This document shows, in pieces, positions 51,925 through 62,969 of a stretch of 64,000 nt of DNA. Within the stretch, counting starts at the first letter, position 1. Each line of letters opens with the position of its first letter. The translations under genes and the position numbers were made by a program. Under the pieces are notes generated by a model, which was not told the origin of the DNA, did no database searches, and worked only from the letters and a program-made list of their open reading frames with translations. Location: positions 928,001 to 992,000 of the forward strand of contig OZ252244.1 of the NCBI GenBank assembly GCA_965249575.1, read 5' to 3'. The DNA is from Gemmatimonadales bacterium (lineage in GTDB: Bacteria; Gemmatimonadota; Gemmatimonadetes; Gemmatimonadales; GWC2-71-9).

Positions 51925-52371
51925 TCAGTCGAGGTCGGCTGGGTCTTCGACGCCGACGTAGTACGTGGACTGATTGATGACGTTGCTCAGCCTCACGTCG
52001 ATGATGTTGTGGCCGGGCACGATCGTGATCAGGGGACTCGACCATCCGCGATTCGACCCAATGGGGTCGGCGACCACCTGAAGGTCGCGAGTGGCGGCAA
52101 CGATCGTCTCCGGTAGCTCGAAGACGCTGGAGGTCAGTGACGACACTTGGCCGAGGCGGTAACGGCTGCCGCTCCGCAAAATGAAGATCGCCATATCGAG
52201 CCAATTGTCGTTCGTGATGTAGACCGTAGCGGCCGGCTGCACGCACACCTGGACGTCGTCGAAATCGTCTCCGGAGGCGAGTCGTGTCGCTTGCGAGCAC
52301 CCCAACGCGCCCGACACCGTGGAAACCACGACCACGGTGTTCAGAAAAACTCGGCTCAGTGTCATAGCCAC
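51925..52371 (-). CDS. Hypothetical lipoprotein
   Basis: Lipobox ALGC; ITNDNWLDMAIF...YRLGQV...VVADPIG. Confidence 0.7.
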   Translation of the reverse strand: MAMTLSRVFLNTVVVVSTVSGALGCSQATRLASGDDFDDVQVCVQPAATVYITNDNWLDMAIFILRSGSRYRLGQVSSLTSSVFELPETIVAATRDLQVVADPIGSNRGWSSPLITIVPGHNIIDVRLSNVINQSTYYVGVEDPADLD

Positions 52372-52598
52372 TCCAGCATGGAGGTCGAGCGCCGCCGGAA
52401 ACCGCGGGTGTGCGATGGGCTCAGCGAACTGCTGTAAGATACCCCTTACGGCAGGATACGGTCCGTCCCCCTCGTCGTCAAACGCATGTGATCCCGATCA
52501 CGTGTCCCGCTCAACGCCTCGTGGAACTTCGCCCCCCCGACTGTCGTTTAATACGCGTGGTTGGACAAACACGCTCTTACCCCTGGTGGGGAGGACAC

Positions 52599-53012
52599 AT
52601 GAAACGGCTCAGAGAGATCACCACGGTAACCATGCTCGCCTTAGCCGCCGTCGCCTTTGCGCCGGCCGCGGCCATCGGCCAGGCCGATGACGATGTGGAC
52701 GCGGAGTTACAAGGCCCGCAGACGGTGCTCGTGCGAGTGACGAACTACAATCGGCTGGACATGACGGTGTACGCCGTCAGCGGCGGCGTGCCTTTCCGGT
52801 TGGGTCGCGTCATGACGAACAGCACCCGCAATTTCGACCTGCCGGAGATGGCGGTGAACCAAAACACGATCCAGCTCGTTGCCGACCCACTAGGTAACCT
52901 CACGAGCTACGTGACCGAGATAGTCTCCATCAGACCGGGGACCAAGATCGACCTAGTGGTCGAGGAGAAGCTCGACCACACGAGCCTGTGGGTCACAGAT
53001 CGAGAGGTCTAG
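52599..53012 (+). CDS. Hypothetical secreted protein, paralogue of 51925..52371
   Basis: GGAGG RBS; VTNYNRLDMTVY...FRLGRV...LVADPLG. Confidence 0.75.
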   Translation: MKRLREITTVTMLALAAVAFAPAAAIGQADDDVDAELQGPQTVLVRVTNYNRLDMTVYAVSGGVPFRLGRVMTNSTRNFDLPEMAVNQNTIQLVADPLGNLTSYVTEIVSIRPGTKIDLVVEEKLDHTSLWVTDREV

Positions 53013-53035
53013 TCGCCTCACAGCCCGACGCTGGC

Positions 53036-53070
53036 GGCCGCCGATCCCTTCGAGGTCGGCGGCCTTCTTC
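53036..53070. terminator. Hairpin between convergent genes
   Basis: GGCCGCCGATC...GGTCGGCGGCC followed by TTCTT. Confidence 0.55.
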
Positions 53071-53083
53071 TTGCCCCTGCACA

Positions 53084-54538
53084 CTAGAGGTATGGGGAAA
53101 GCAGCCGAGCGAGCCCGTCCCGCAGTTTTGCCGGCAGCGATCGCTGGTCCAACTCGGCTGCGGTGACCTCCCGGGCCGCCCGTTGCCGTTCGAGAAATAG
53201 CTCCTCCAGCTGCTGGCCCAGCTGTTCGTCGTAACATTCCACGTTGAACTCGAAATTCAGGCGTAGGCTTCTCGGATCCCAGTTGGCGGAGCCGAAAAGC
53301 GTCCACACGCCGTCGACGATCATGAGCTTCGTGTGGTCGAACGGTGGCGGCGAGTAGAACACCCGGCACCCGCGCCGCAGCACCCGGGTGAGTTGAAACG
53401 TCGACGCCCATTTGACCAAGGGAAGGTTGTTCTTCACCGGGAGCAGAATGTCTACCTCGACACCACGCATCGCCGCGACGTTGAGCGACGTGATCAGTCC
53501 CCCGTCAGGCAGGAAGTAGGGCGTCGCTATGCGGACGGAGCGCTTGGCGGATGCGATCGCCCCGAGAATGATCCAGCGCAGCTTCTCGAAGTCCTCGTCG
53601 GGTCCGTCGAGGATACCACGTCCGGTGACGTCTCCGCGCGGCTCGATGGTGGGAAACCAGCGCTGTCCCCCGAGTGTCTCCTTGGTACTGAAGGCCCAGT
53701 CCTCGGCGAACGCTTCCATGAAGTGCGCAACGGCCGGGCCTTCGACGCGAAAGTGGAGGTCCTGTACCGGGCGGCGAGGTGACCATTCGAGCGCGTGCCC
53801 TTCCCGGATGTTCATCCCGCCCGTGAACCCGACCTGATCATCGACGATGAGCAGCTTGCGGTGGTTGCGCAGGTTCAGGAATGGGGCCCGCCAGGGAGCG
53901 AGCGTGGGAAGAAAGCGCGCCGTGCGAACGCCCCGGCCCCGGAGCGCCCCTACCATCGACGGCCAGGAATATCGCGATCCGGCTCCGTCGATGAGGACTC
54001 GGACCTCGACGCCTCGCCGGATCGCGCCCGCCAGGGCATCCGCGAACATCCAGCCCGCCCGGTCTCGGTCGAAGATGTAGGTGCTCAGCACCACCGACTG
54101 GGACGCCGCATCGATCGCTCCGATCATCGTTGGAAATACCGCGTCGCCGTTGAGCAACGGGGCAACCGCGTTGCCGTGCGTCAGGGGCCACCCGGTGAGC
54201 TCATCCCCTATTCTGGCCAGGGCCTTCAGGTAGCCTTGGGTCTCGACGAGCGGTTTCCCCCGCACGGGGACCGGCTCCAGGAGATGCGATGGCCCAACTG
54301 GCCGGTTTTCTTCCCGGAGCTCCGCAGCGTGCCGCTGAATTCGATTGATGCCGAAGACGCCGTACAGGACCGACCCGATTACCGGCACGAGCCAGACGAG
54401 GCCGACCCACGCGACGGCGGCGCGCGTGTCTCGCTTGGTGAGCACCACATGCCCGGACACGATGATCTGGAGCAGGACGCTCAACGAGCCCGCTACGTAC
54501 GGCGAAGCACCCCGCGCCCTAGCATCCTCGGTTCCCAC
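53084..54538 (-). CDS. cls: Cardiolipin synthase
   Basis: Two HKD motifs (NHRKLLIVD, HTKLMIVD) and PLDc N-terminal TM. Confidence 0.92.
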   Translation of the reverse strand: MGTEDARARGASPYVAGSLSVLLQIIVSGHVVLTKRDTRAAVAWVGLVWLVPVIGSVLYGVFGINRIQRHAAELREENRPVGPSHLLEPVPVRGKPLVETQGYLKALARIGDELTGWPLTHGNAVAPLLNGDAVFPTMIGAIDAASQSVVLSTYIFDRDRAGWMFADALAGAIRRGVEVRVLIDGAGSRYSWPSMVGALRGRGVRTARFLPTLAPWRAPFLNLRNHRKLLIVDDQVGFTGGMNIREGHALEWSPRRPVQDLHFRVEGPAVAHFMEAFAEDWAFSTKETLGGQRWFPTIEPRGDVTGRGILDGPDEDFEKLRWIILGAIASAKRSVRIATPYFLPDGGLITSLNVAAMRGVEVDILLPVKNNLPLVKWASTFQLTRVLRRGCRVFYSPPPFDHTKLMIVDGVWTLFGSANWDPRSLRLNFEFNVECYDEQLGQQLEELFLERQRAAREVTAAELDQRSLPAKLRDGLARLLSPYL

Positions 54539-54619
54539 TCGACGGCGTACCCGGCTATACTCCTCCGGGTCACGACCATCGGATCGTCATTGACAGAGCC
54601 AACCAGGAGATTCGGGACC

Positions 54620-55336
54620 ATGAACGAGCGCCCCTTGCACGGTCGCCGGTGGACCGTTGCACTGACGTTAGCGAGCCTTGCAGCCTGCACTGGTGGTGAC
54701 ACGGGAGAGGGTGGGGGTGGGGGTGAGCAGGCGAGTGCCGGGGACCAGCAAACCGGACGAATCGCCCTTCTCCTGCCCGAGAGGACCACGATGAACAAGA
54801 CCGCACCGGAGTTGTTCAGAGTCAAATTCGAGACCAGCAAGGGCGATTTCGTCGTGGAGGTGCGCCGTGACTGGGCGCCGAACGGAGCCGACCGGTTCTA
54901 TTACCTGGCAACCAACGGTTTCTACGATGACATCAGGTTCTTCCGAGTCATGGATGGGTTCATGGCGCAATTCGGATTGAGCGGAGATCCAAAACTGAAC
55001 GGCGTCTGGAGAACCCAAACCATTCCCGACGATCCCGTTACGCAAACCAACGACCGCGGCTACATCACGTATGCCATGGCCGGACCCAACAGCCGGACCA
55101 CGCAGGCGTTCATCAACTATCGGGACAACTCCAGCCTGGACGGGCAGGGGTTCGCCCCGTTCGGCGTCGTGGCCGAAGGGATGGACGTGATCGATGCACT
55201 GCACGCGGGCTACGGTGATGGCGCTCCACGCGGCAACGGGCCGAGCCAGGGTAAGATCCGCGCGGAGGGCAACGCATATCTGGATCGCGAGTTTCCGGAG
55301 CTGGATCGTGTCACTAAAGCCTCGCTGCTCCCCTGA
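54620..55336 (+). CDS. Cyclophilin-type peptidyl-prolyl isomerase, lipoprotein
   Basis: FFRVMDGFMAQFG, AGPNSRTTQ, FAPFG; lipobox LAAC. Confidence 0.92.
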   Translation: MNERPLHGRRWTVALTLASLAACTGGDTGEGGGGGEQASAGDQQTGRIALLLPERTTMNKTAPELFRVKFETSKGDFVVEVRRDWAPNGADRFYYLATNGFYDDIRFFRVMDGFMAQFGLSGDPKLNGVWRTQTIPDDPVTQTNDRGYITYAMAGPNSRTTQAFINYRDNSSLDGQGFAPFGVVAEGMDVIDALHAGYGDGAPRGNGPSQGKIRAEGNAYLDREFPELDRVTKASLLP

Positions 55337-55341
55337 CGCGG

Positions 55342-56007
55342 ATGGCGTTTACCGACCAGCTCTTCGACGAGGCACGGGACATCTGGGACGCTCAGTGCAC
55401 CCATCCGTTCGTTCGAGGCCTAGGTAACGGTTCATTGGACGTCGAGCGTTTCAAGCGCTGGGTACTGCAGGACTACGTCTACCTGAAGGATTTCGCCCGG
55501 GTGTTCGCCTGGGCAACGGCGAAAGCGGACCGCCTAGACTCCATGGCTTGGTATGCCTCGGTGTTGAACCTGACGCTCAACACCGAGATGGCCCTACACC
55601 GGACGTATGCCGCTCGTTTTGGCGTGAGCCCAGAGGAGCTCGAGTCGCAGCGGGCGTGGCCGACGACGAGAGCCTACACGGATTTCCTGATCCGCGTCTC
55701 CGCCGACGGGGACATGGCCGACCTGGTCTCGGCATTGCTGCCATGCGCCTGGGGATACGTGCACATTGCAGGCGTCTTGGCGGCTGGTGATCCCCCAGAA
55801 GACCAGCGCTACGCCGACTGGATCGAGCAATATACCTCGGACGAGTTCGGGGACGCCGTCGATTGGCTGAAATCCGAGATGAACCGGCTGGCCGATGGGA
55901 CAGGCGAGGAAAAGCGCCGGCGCCTTATCGACCTCTTCGTTCTCTCCAGCCGCTACGAGTGGCAATTCTGGGAAATGTGCTGGCACGGTGAGGATTGGAA
56001 GGTGTAG
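55342..56007 (+). CDS. tenA: Thiaminase II
   Basis: HPFV, QDYVYL, LLPCAWGY, YADWIEQY, EWQFW. Confidence 0.92.
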   Translation: MAFTDQLFDEARDIWDAQCTHPFVRGLGNGSLDVERFKRWVLQDYVYLKDFARVFAWATAKADRLDSMAWYASVLNLTLNTEMALHRTYAARFGVSPEELESQRAWPTTRAYTDFLIRVSADGDMADLVSALLPCAWGYVHIAGVLAAGDPPEDQRYADWIEQYTSDEFGDAVDWLKSEMNRLADGTGEEKRRRLIDLFVLSSRYEWQFWEMCWHGEDWKV

Positions 56008-56093
56008 GATGCCCCGAATTGTCGGCGTCCTGTCGGTTTTAGCCCCGCTTGACATCGAATCGACCGACCTTCCTCTTCCCCGGCGGGCGACCC

Positions 56094-58424
56094 CTAACGG
56101 GTCCTGAACAGGTAGCTCACCTTCGCGAAGAACCCATCGTCGCGCCGAGTCAGCCCGTTGAACCGGAAGGCGGCGGTCTCCTCCAAGGTGCTACCATACC
56201 CTAAGAACACGACCGTGCCGGGACCCGGGCGGTACGAGAAGAGAATGTCGCTGCGGAACTCGTTGTTGATGCTGCCCGCCGCCGGACCGAGACGCGCCGC
56301 CGTGCCCGCTCCGTACACGATCGGCTGCTCGGTGCGGGGATCGCGCAACGCGTCTCGTTCCTGCGCGAAGTACTGGCCGACGTAGCGCACGAAAACCGAC
56401 CGGCTGACCTGGTACTCCAGCTTGATCCTGGGAATGTTCGCCACCGAGAAACGCGTGCGGTCCCGCCCGCGACGGATCCGCTGATGTACCCAGCGCCCAT
56501 CGATCCGAATGGCCGGCGTGGGCTTCCACTGCAACTCGAGCTGAGCGTCCAGAGAGAGACCCCGGGTGGGCTCGGCGAAGACCGCGGTCGATCCGTAACG
56601 CGCCGACCCATTCAGAGTAAGTGCACGGTTCGGTGTCGAAAAATTGGCGCCGATGCTCCAAAGGTCGTTCACGCCGTCGGGTACCGTAAAGGCCAGAGTA
56701 TCGGGAAGTGATTCGACGCCGAATTCATCATAGAACGCCGCGTCAAAGTCCGTACGAGCGTGCCTCCAGTTCATGCCAACGCTCCAGCCGCCGCGGAGCG
56801 TCGCAAACCAGTCATTAGAGAAGGTCCCCTCAAGAAACCCGCCCTCGTCAAAGAACGAGCGGTGACTCCACGTCGCCTGCGGCCCGAAGAACGTCGTTAC
56901 CTGTTCGACGAGCGCCCCGGGCGCACCGTACCAGGTAAACCGGTTGAAGAAATTGCCCTGGACCACGCCGGTTCGTGGCACGAAGCCACTCTGGCTCGCA
57001 AAGTCCTCACTCAGCCCCTTGATCTCGCCGTGGTTTCCGTAGGAGCGGCCCGTTCGGTCGAACAGCGTGAGCTGCCAGAGCGCGCCATTCCGGGTTCCGA
57101 GCCCGTCGCGGGTCCACGAGGTGGCAACCTGCACTTCGGAAAACCAGATCCCCCCCCAGATGAGCCGGGCGTCGGCCGCGGCGACGCGATTGAAGTGCCC
57201 ACCGTCCTGTCGGTCGGTATAGACGAGGCCCAGGGTGGACGAAGCTCCAAGATCGCGACGGACGCGGAGGAGGTTGACTAGTGGGTGTGCATTGTCCGCC
57301 GAGAAGTCTCGGTCGTCCACGGCAAACAGATAGCCGACGTTGGTGCGACCGGCTTTACCGGTGAGCTTCACACCGGCCAGTGGAGCGACTACCCGGCGCG
57401 TGTAGATGAGCGCGTTGGGTGAATCGAACTGTTCCAGTCCTTCGAGAAAGAACGGCCGCTTTTCCGGAAAGAACAAAGCAAACCGCTCGTTCGCAGTCAC
57501 CTGTCCGACGTCCGCCTCGACCTGGGAGAAGTCGGGATTGGCGGTACCGTTGATGCTCAAATTGGTGGTCAGGCCCCATGAGACCGTGCCGCCCAGCTGC
57601 GGGTCGGTGTCGTAGGAGTACCCCGTGGCCCCCGGAGCGCCGTTTACCCGTGTGGTCAGCTCGGGATTCGCGGTCAGGACCAGCCCGCGCTCGATGCCGG
57701 TGATGCCCTCGACCGTTCCGGACTGACCGAGGAAGGAGGCGCTCGCCCGTACCGCCGGCGTCCAGGTGTTCTCGTACCCATTGTGTTGCGTCACGCGAAC
57801 GACTTGCAGACCCCAATCCTGGGGATCAATGCTCTGAAATCGAATGCTCTTGAAGGGTATCCGGACCTCGACCTCGTATCCATCCTCGGTAAGCCGGCCC
57901 CGGGATTCGTAGACGAAGTCTGGATTGATGTCGATCACCCCGTCGAACCGGCCGCCGGACCCCGGGCCACCCGCAGCGCCCGCCTGGCCCTCGGACCGGA
58001 CTCCGTCCTGCTGTATGCCAAAGGGATTGACAGCGAACATGAGGGCCCGCCGCCGGTCGTTGAACGCATCCAGCAGAATCTCGATACGGTCGTCCTGGTC
58101 GATCTTGTCGCGGTCGGACAGGGTCGCGCGCACCACCAATCCATGGGCCTCGAAGGCGCGAATGCCGAAGTAGATCGCCTCCGGCGCGTACCAGACCAGC
58201 ACGTGGGTCGAATCCTCGGCCGGGCGACCATCCACTGGGCGGTATTGCGAGAAGCCCGTGAGCACGGTCGCGGACTGCCAGACGGTCTCATTCAGCACAC
58301 CGTCTACGACGGCGCGATTCTCGATCCTCGGGACGGTGGCGTTGAGTTCCCCGCTCCGGCCGTGGAAGGCCTGCGGGCTAGCGGTCGCGACCTGCGTGAT
58401 GGCAGTCAAAAGGGTCAGGAACAT
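56094..58424 (-). CDS. DUF5916 / CBM9-like domain outer membrane protein
   Basis: VDGVLNE..W, FAVNPFG, NPDFSQVEAD, FFPEKRPFFLEG, KVSYLFR. Confidence 0.88.
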   Translation of the reverse strand: MFLTLLTAITQVATASPQAFHGRSGELNATVPRIENRAVVDGVLNETVWQSATVLTGFSQYRPVDGRPAEDSTHVLVWYAPEAIYFGIRAFEAHGLVVRATLSDRDKIDQDDRIEILLDAFNDRRRALMFAVNPFGIQQDGVRSEGQAGAAGGPGSGGRFDGVIDINPDFVYESRGRLTEDGYEVEVRIPFKSIRFQSIDPQDWGLQVVRVTQHNGYENTWTPAVRASASFLGQSGTVEGITGIERGLVLTANPELTTRVNGAPGATGYSYDTDPQLGGTVSWGLTTNLSINGTANPDFSQVEADVGQVTANERFALFFPEKRPFFLEGLEQFDSPNALIYTRRVVAPLAGVKLTGKAGRTNVGYLFAVDDRDFSADNAHPLVNLLRVRRDLGASSTLGLVYTDRQDGGHFNRVAAADARLIWGGIWFSEVQVATSWTRDGLGTRNGALWQLTLFDRTGRSYGNHGEIKGLSEDFASQSGFVPRTGVVQGNFFNRFTWYGAPGALVEQVTTFFGPQATWSHRSFFDEGGFLEGTFSNDWFATLRGGWSVGMNWRHARTDFDAAFYDEFGVESLPDTLAFTVPDGVNDLWSIGANFSTPNRALTLNGSARYGSTAVFAEPTRGLSLDAQLELQWKPTPAIRIDGRWVHQRIRRGRDRTRFSVANIPRIKLEYQVSRSVFVRYVGQYFAQERDALRDPRTEQPIVYGAGTAARLGPAAGSINNEFRSDILFSYRPGPGTVVFLGYGSTLEETAAFRFNGLTRRDDGFFAKVSYLFRTR

Positions 58425-58560
58425 CGGGGAACGGTACAGAGGCGATGAGCCCGGCGGCAAGGGGTCTCTTGACCACCGAATGCGGCGGCCGCGTCTTGAC
58501 GCCGCAGCGAAAGGCGCCTATTACGGGAGTCCGCCAACCCACCTCTACTGACCCGAGGCA

Positions 58561-59055
58561 ATGGCTGACATCTATTCCGTACTCGACCGGCATGGGGTTC
58601 GCTACGAGCGGTGCGATCACCCGGCCGTTTACACCGTGGCCGAGGCGGCGCGGCTGGTGCCGGACCTCCCCGCCACGCACACGAAGAATCTTTTCTTGCG
58701 CGACAGGAAGGGAAAACGGCATTTCCTGATCACGCTCCCAGCGGAAAAGCAGATCGACCTGCGCTCGCTCGAGCCCATCCTGGGCTCGACGAAGCTGAGT
58801 CTCGGATCGCCCGAGCGCTTGCAGAAACATTTGGGGATCGAGCCGGGGGCCGTGTCCCTGCTTGCGATCGTGAACGACGAGGCCGGCGCGGTCGAAGTCT
58901 TCATCGACGAAGACCTGTGGCACGCCGACGCGTTCCAATGCCACCCCCTGGTCAACACCTCGACCCTCGTGATTCAGCGCCAGGACATCGAGCGGTTCTT
59001 GGCAGCCACGCGACACCCGCTCAAGCTCGTGAAGATCCCACCGCGGCAGCCATGA
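58561..59055 (+). CDS. Prolyl-tRNA editing protein, ProX/YbaK family
   Basis: HPAVYTV, TKNLFLRD, LGIEPGAVS, HPLVNTST. Confidence 0.92.
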   Translation: MADIYSVLDRHGVRYERCDHPAVYTVAEAARLVPDLPATHTKNLFLRDRKGKRHFLITLPAEKQIDLRSLEPILGSTKLSLGSPERLQKHLGIEPGAVSLLAIVNDEAGAVEVFIDEDLWHADAFQCHPLVNTSTLVIQRQDIERFLAATRHPLKLVKIPPRQP

Positions 59056-59353
59056 ACTGAGCTATCGCACGTGTCGTGGACGAAGGCGTCCACCGACAGC
59101 GAGACACTTGATCGGCCCATCATTCGCGAGCTCCCCGAATTCATTCCTGACCCATGCGTGCCGATACCAATGAAACGGAGGTACGTGCGTCCTGGACCGG
59201 GTGGTCGAGCGCCACCGCGCTCCGGGTCGGCGCCTCGCCTCGAAGTACTTCAGCCGGGGGCGTCAAAATGAGCAGCGAACGTCACCAGTATCCGTCACAG
59301 GCACAGGCACCCACGCCACGATTGGCTGCGGGCCGGAACGTGAGAGTGACGCC

Positions 59354-59707
59354 ATGATCTCCCACGCGCGAAGTGATGCCGCTCCGGTGTGGGACCGCGA
59401 GGGGCTCCTCGACAAGGTGGGCGGGATCGAAGAGCTAATCGGGGAGCTGATCGAGTTGTTTCTGCGCGACGCGCCGGGCCGGATCGTGGCGATCGGGGAG
59501 GCCCTCGACGCCGGGAACTGCGACCTGGCGTGGCGAGAAGCCCATGGCCTCAAGGGTGCGTGCGGAAGTTTGTCAGCAGAAGCGATGGGCGCGGCGGCCG
59601 CAAGTGTGGAGCGGGAGGCGCGTGGGGGGAAGCTGGAGCTAGCCCGCGCCGGATTCACGACGCTAAAAGAGGAATACGACAGACTCGCAGATACGCTGTC
59701 GGCCTGA
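59354..59707 (+). CDS. Hpt domain protein
   Basis: ELIELFL, AHGLKGACGSL. Confidence 0.85.
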   Translation: MISHARSDAAPVWDREGLLDKVGGIEELIGELIELFLRDAPGRIVAIGEALDAGNCDLAWREAHGLKGACGSLSAEAMGAAAASVEREARGGKLELARAGFTTLKEEYDRLADTLSA

Positions 59708-59721
59708 GGCCGGCCGCCCCA

Positions 59722-61020
59722 CTAACCCTCGTCGGCCGCCGCCACCGCTGGCTGCCCAGCGTGAGACAACCTGAGGCCGACGGCCAACTGCTCGCCGCCT
59801 TCCGTCCGCACTGGTACGGACAGGTCCCAGTCGGGAGGGTCACCCTCGCCCACCGGGAGTGGCTCGACCGATCCCGGATGCATCGGGATGCCTCGCGCGC
59901 CGACCGCTTGCTCGATCCGCGCCCCGATCGCGTCGACGAGCCGGTTCAGGACCGGGCCGTCCGACCCGCCATCGGAACCGGCCTCAGCGTCGCCTGCCTG
60001 GACTTTCTTGCCGATTTCTGCGGCGTCCGCCTGCGTTGCGTAAATGCCGAGCGTCAGCGACAGGCCATGCTCGTCGCTCGTCAGCTCGACTATCGCGCCT
60101 TCCTCAGCCGGGACCGGGGTGTACTCCGCGGGATCGACTTGTTCCACGTCTTCCGACGTCATTACCCCGATCGTCTGCCTCGCGGCCTCGACCAGCGCCG
60201 GTTCCAGCGCGTGGCGGCTGATGGCTCGAAGCAACGTGAGGGCATCAGGAGCCCCCAGTATCCGCTCGCTAACCTGTCTCAGCAGGCCTTCCGGTTCGAG
60301 CGACTTGTTGATGACACCGTCGAACGCCTCGTCATCGAGCCTTACATCGTCGGCGTCATCCGCGATTAGAAACACGCGGGGTGGTTGCTTCTGGTCGTTG
60401 GCCTTGATGGTCCGCGCGACTGCCTTCTCATCGAGCAGCTCGAGCCCTTTCGCCAGCCAGACGATCTCTGGTCGCTTCTCGAGATACAGCCGCACGGCGG
60501 ACGGCCCTCCCTCCGCGACGACGACTTCGAAGAACGCGTCGAGCGTCGCACCCGTAAACGCCAGGAACTCGGCATCGCGGTCGGCAACGAGGAGCATCTG
60601 CCGTGAGAGCCCGTCGGGATCGCCGGCGGCGGCATTCCGGCCGGCCCGCAGCTCGATAGCCGCCATCACCGATTTGAGCCGGTCGCGCGCCTCCTCGAGC
60701 GAGATGGGCTTGAGCAGGTAATCCACGACCCCCAGGCTGAGCAGCTTGAGGACCATGGACCGCTCGGAGCCAGCGGAAATCGATACGACGGGGAGATTGG
60801 CATATTCCGGAGTGGCACGGAGGGTTTCGAGCACCGCCACGCCGTCCATGATTGGCATCACGACGTCGAGCAGCACCAGATCCGGAGATTCTCGCTCGAT
60901 CGCCTCGAGTCCCTCGACCCCGTTCTTGGCCTCGATGACCGTGCTCGAGAAGTGACGTTCGAAGATACGCCGAAGCATCAGTCTCGAGGTGGCTTCGTCG
61001 TCGATGACCACGACCTTCAT
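59722..61020 (-). CDS. Response regulator: receiver, degenerate receiver, CheX-like C-terminus
   Basis: VIDDE, LLDVVMPIMDG, YLLKP; second receiver lacks the Asp; C-terminal call is tentative. Confidence 0.8.
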   Translation of the reverse strand: MKVVVIDDEATSRLMLRRIFERHFSSTVIEAKNGVEGLEAIERESPDLVLLDVVMPIMDGVAVLETLRATPEYANLPVVSISAGSERSMVLKLLSLGVVDYLLKPISLEEARDRLKSVMAAIELRAGRNAAAGDPDGLSRQMLLVADRDAEFLAFTGATLDAFFEVVVAEGGPSAVRLYLEKRPEIVWLAKGLELLDEKAVARTIKANDQKQPPRVFLIADDADDVRLDDEAFDGVINKSLEPEGLLRQVSERILGAPDALTLLRAISRHALEPALVEAARQTIGVMTSEDVEQVDPAEYTPVPAEEGAIVELTSDEHGLSLTLGIYATQADAAEIGKKVQAGDAEAGSDGGSDGPVLNRLVDAIGARIEQAVGARGIPMHPGSVEPLPVGEGDPPDWDLSVPVRTEGGEQLAVGLRLSHAGQPAVAAADEG

Positions 61021-61417
61021 TCGTGCCGGCCCCGCTCTAGAATGACTGAATTGAAGCGCACCGCCGATCGACGGCCGCACCGTCCTGCGAGGAGTATCGG
61101 CGAAACTGGCGGATTCTGTAGCCGCGCATTCGCTGCGACCCGTCGGGTGGATATGAAACCGTCACGGGACCCGAAGTGTCTGATCTGGGGGGGCGTTCAC
61201 GCTGCGCGGTACCCAGGATTAGATTTCCCGCGCCCGCCAAAGGCGCGGGGCGTTGGCCAGCGCGCCGTAGTTGAAACATCACGAGCCCTGCGGACGTACC
61301 TGTCTACTGGAAAACGCTAACTATCGGGCTCGGTGGCACCCCGCGTCAGCGTCGTCTCGACCACTAGCAAATCCGCCGCTCGCGCGGATCCGCCTCAAAC
61401 TGTGGAGGTTCCCCAAC

Positions 61418-62815
61418 ATGTACCGACTTCGGTCCGTCGGGTGGGTCGCTGGGTCCATTGCGCTCGTTGCCGTCCTTCCAGGCATAGCGGGCGCCCAAGC
61501 GAACGAGATGCAAAGTCTGCGCACGCCGAAACTGGGCGGGAGCGACAATATTCATGTGCTATCACACATCCCCCTCGGGGGATGGTCGCAGGTCATGGAC
61601 ATCGAGATGGAGCAGGAGCTGAGCCGCCCGTTCGTGTTCGTGGCTCGCGCCGACTTCCCCTCCCAGGATTCCCCCGTATTCGAGAGCTCAAAAGGCGTCG
61701 ATATCATCAGCATTCGGGATCCCAGTATGGCCGAGGTCATCTATTCCTGGCGTATCGAGGATCAGGAGCTCCACAATCCACTCGGCGGGATGGACAACAA
61801 GTACTTCAAGCTGAACGGGCGCTACTACGACGTGCAGTCGATGCAGTTCTTCCAGGGTGGGCCCGACCTGGACGTCGGTGCGGTGGTGCTCGACGTCACT
61901 AGCCTCCCGGATCCAGCGGGCATTCGCGAGGTGGGCCGTGTTCGCGCAGCTGATACTCCCGGCGGGTTCCACAACATATTCGCCTACAAGCATTCAGACG
62001 GTCGGGTCCTGCTCTTTACGACCACGAATGGGCCGCATGCGAACGTATACGACATGGCTAGATTCGTGGGCGGGGCCTCCGACAACGCGCTCATCGGCCG
62101 CGTCCCCGTACCCGAGACCCAGGGAAGCCCGTTCAGGGCTTATCACGACATGTACGTTGGATACGATCCAGCCACTCGCCAGGACAAATTCTACGGCGCC
62201 GGCCTTTCCGGGTACTACGTATTTGACGTCTCCCAGCCGGATTCACCCGAGTTGATCACATCCATCACGGGCACCGCGGGCATGTTCATCGCCCACACGA
62301 TGACCCCCACCCCGGACGGCCGGTACGTGGTGACTGAGATGGAGTACCAGTACACGCCGCTTCGGATTTTCGACCTCAAGCCAGGACTCGATGGCGAAGT
62401 GAAAACCATCTCGCGTCCAGTGGGAGCGTGGCTAGCATCCTGGGACGGCAACCCGCACAACCACGAAGTGCGTTGGCCGTACGTCTTCGTGTCCGGTTAT
62501 ATGGATGGCCTACAGGTCTTCAACATGATGGACCCAACCAATCCCTACACCGTCGGCTACTATTACGCGTGCGACTGCACGCTGCCAGCCGGGAAGGAAG
62601 GGGCTGGTTTCGTGGGTGGTATGAACGGGAGTTTCGGTGTGGACGTTCGAAACGCCGACGGGTTGATCGTGCTCAGCGATCGGCAGACGGGGTTCTGGAC
62701 GTTCAAGATGGACGGGTTCGACGGGTGGAACGGCCACCAGTGGGGGATGCCAAACGTCTCGTCGGCGCAGGACTGGGATAACGGGCCGGACGGAGCGGCG
62801 GCGCGAGTCAGCTGA
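61418..62815 (+). CDS. Secreted LVIVD-like beta-propeller protein, paralogue 3
   Basis: GGAGG RBS; same motifs as paralogues 1 and 2. Confidence 0.8.
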   Translation: MYRLRSVGWVAGSIALVAVLPGIAGAQANEMQSLRTPKLGGSDNIHVLSHIPLGGWSQVMDIEMEQELSRPFVFVARADFPSQDSPVFESSKGVDIISIRDPSMAEVIYSWRIEDQELHNPLGGMDNKYFKLNGRYYDVQSMQFFQGGPDLDVGAVVLDVTSLPDPAGIREVGRVRAADTPGGFHNIFAYKHSDGRVLLFTTTNGPHANVYDMARFVGGASDNALIGRVPVPETQGSPFRAYHDMYVGYDPATRQDKFYGAGLSGYYVFDVSQPDSPELITSITGTAGMFIAHTMTPTPDGRYVVTEMEYQYTPLRIFDLKPGLDGEVKTISRPVGAWLASWDGNPHNHEVRWPYVFVSGYMDGLQVFNMMDPTNPYTVGYYYACDCTLPAGKEGAGFVGGMNGSFGVDVRNADGLIVLSDRQTGFWTFKMDGFDGWNGHQWGMPNVSSAQDWDNGPDGAAARVS

Positions 62816-62969
62816 AGGCTGGCCCACCCCCTCCCCGCACCACCGAGCGAGCAGCAAAAAAAGGCCCGGCCCACATGCCCTTCGCGAATCTGAGTGGAGT
62901 GGCCTGCTCGCTGCTTACCCTGGTGGGGCAGAACGGGGCGCCCCCGCTTACCCAGACAGGAGACCATTC

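Noticed and set aside
55300..55345. TPP riboswitch before tenA
   Set aside because: Only 5 bp separate it from the upstream gene, leaving no room for an aptamer
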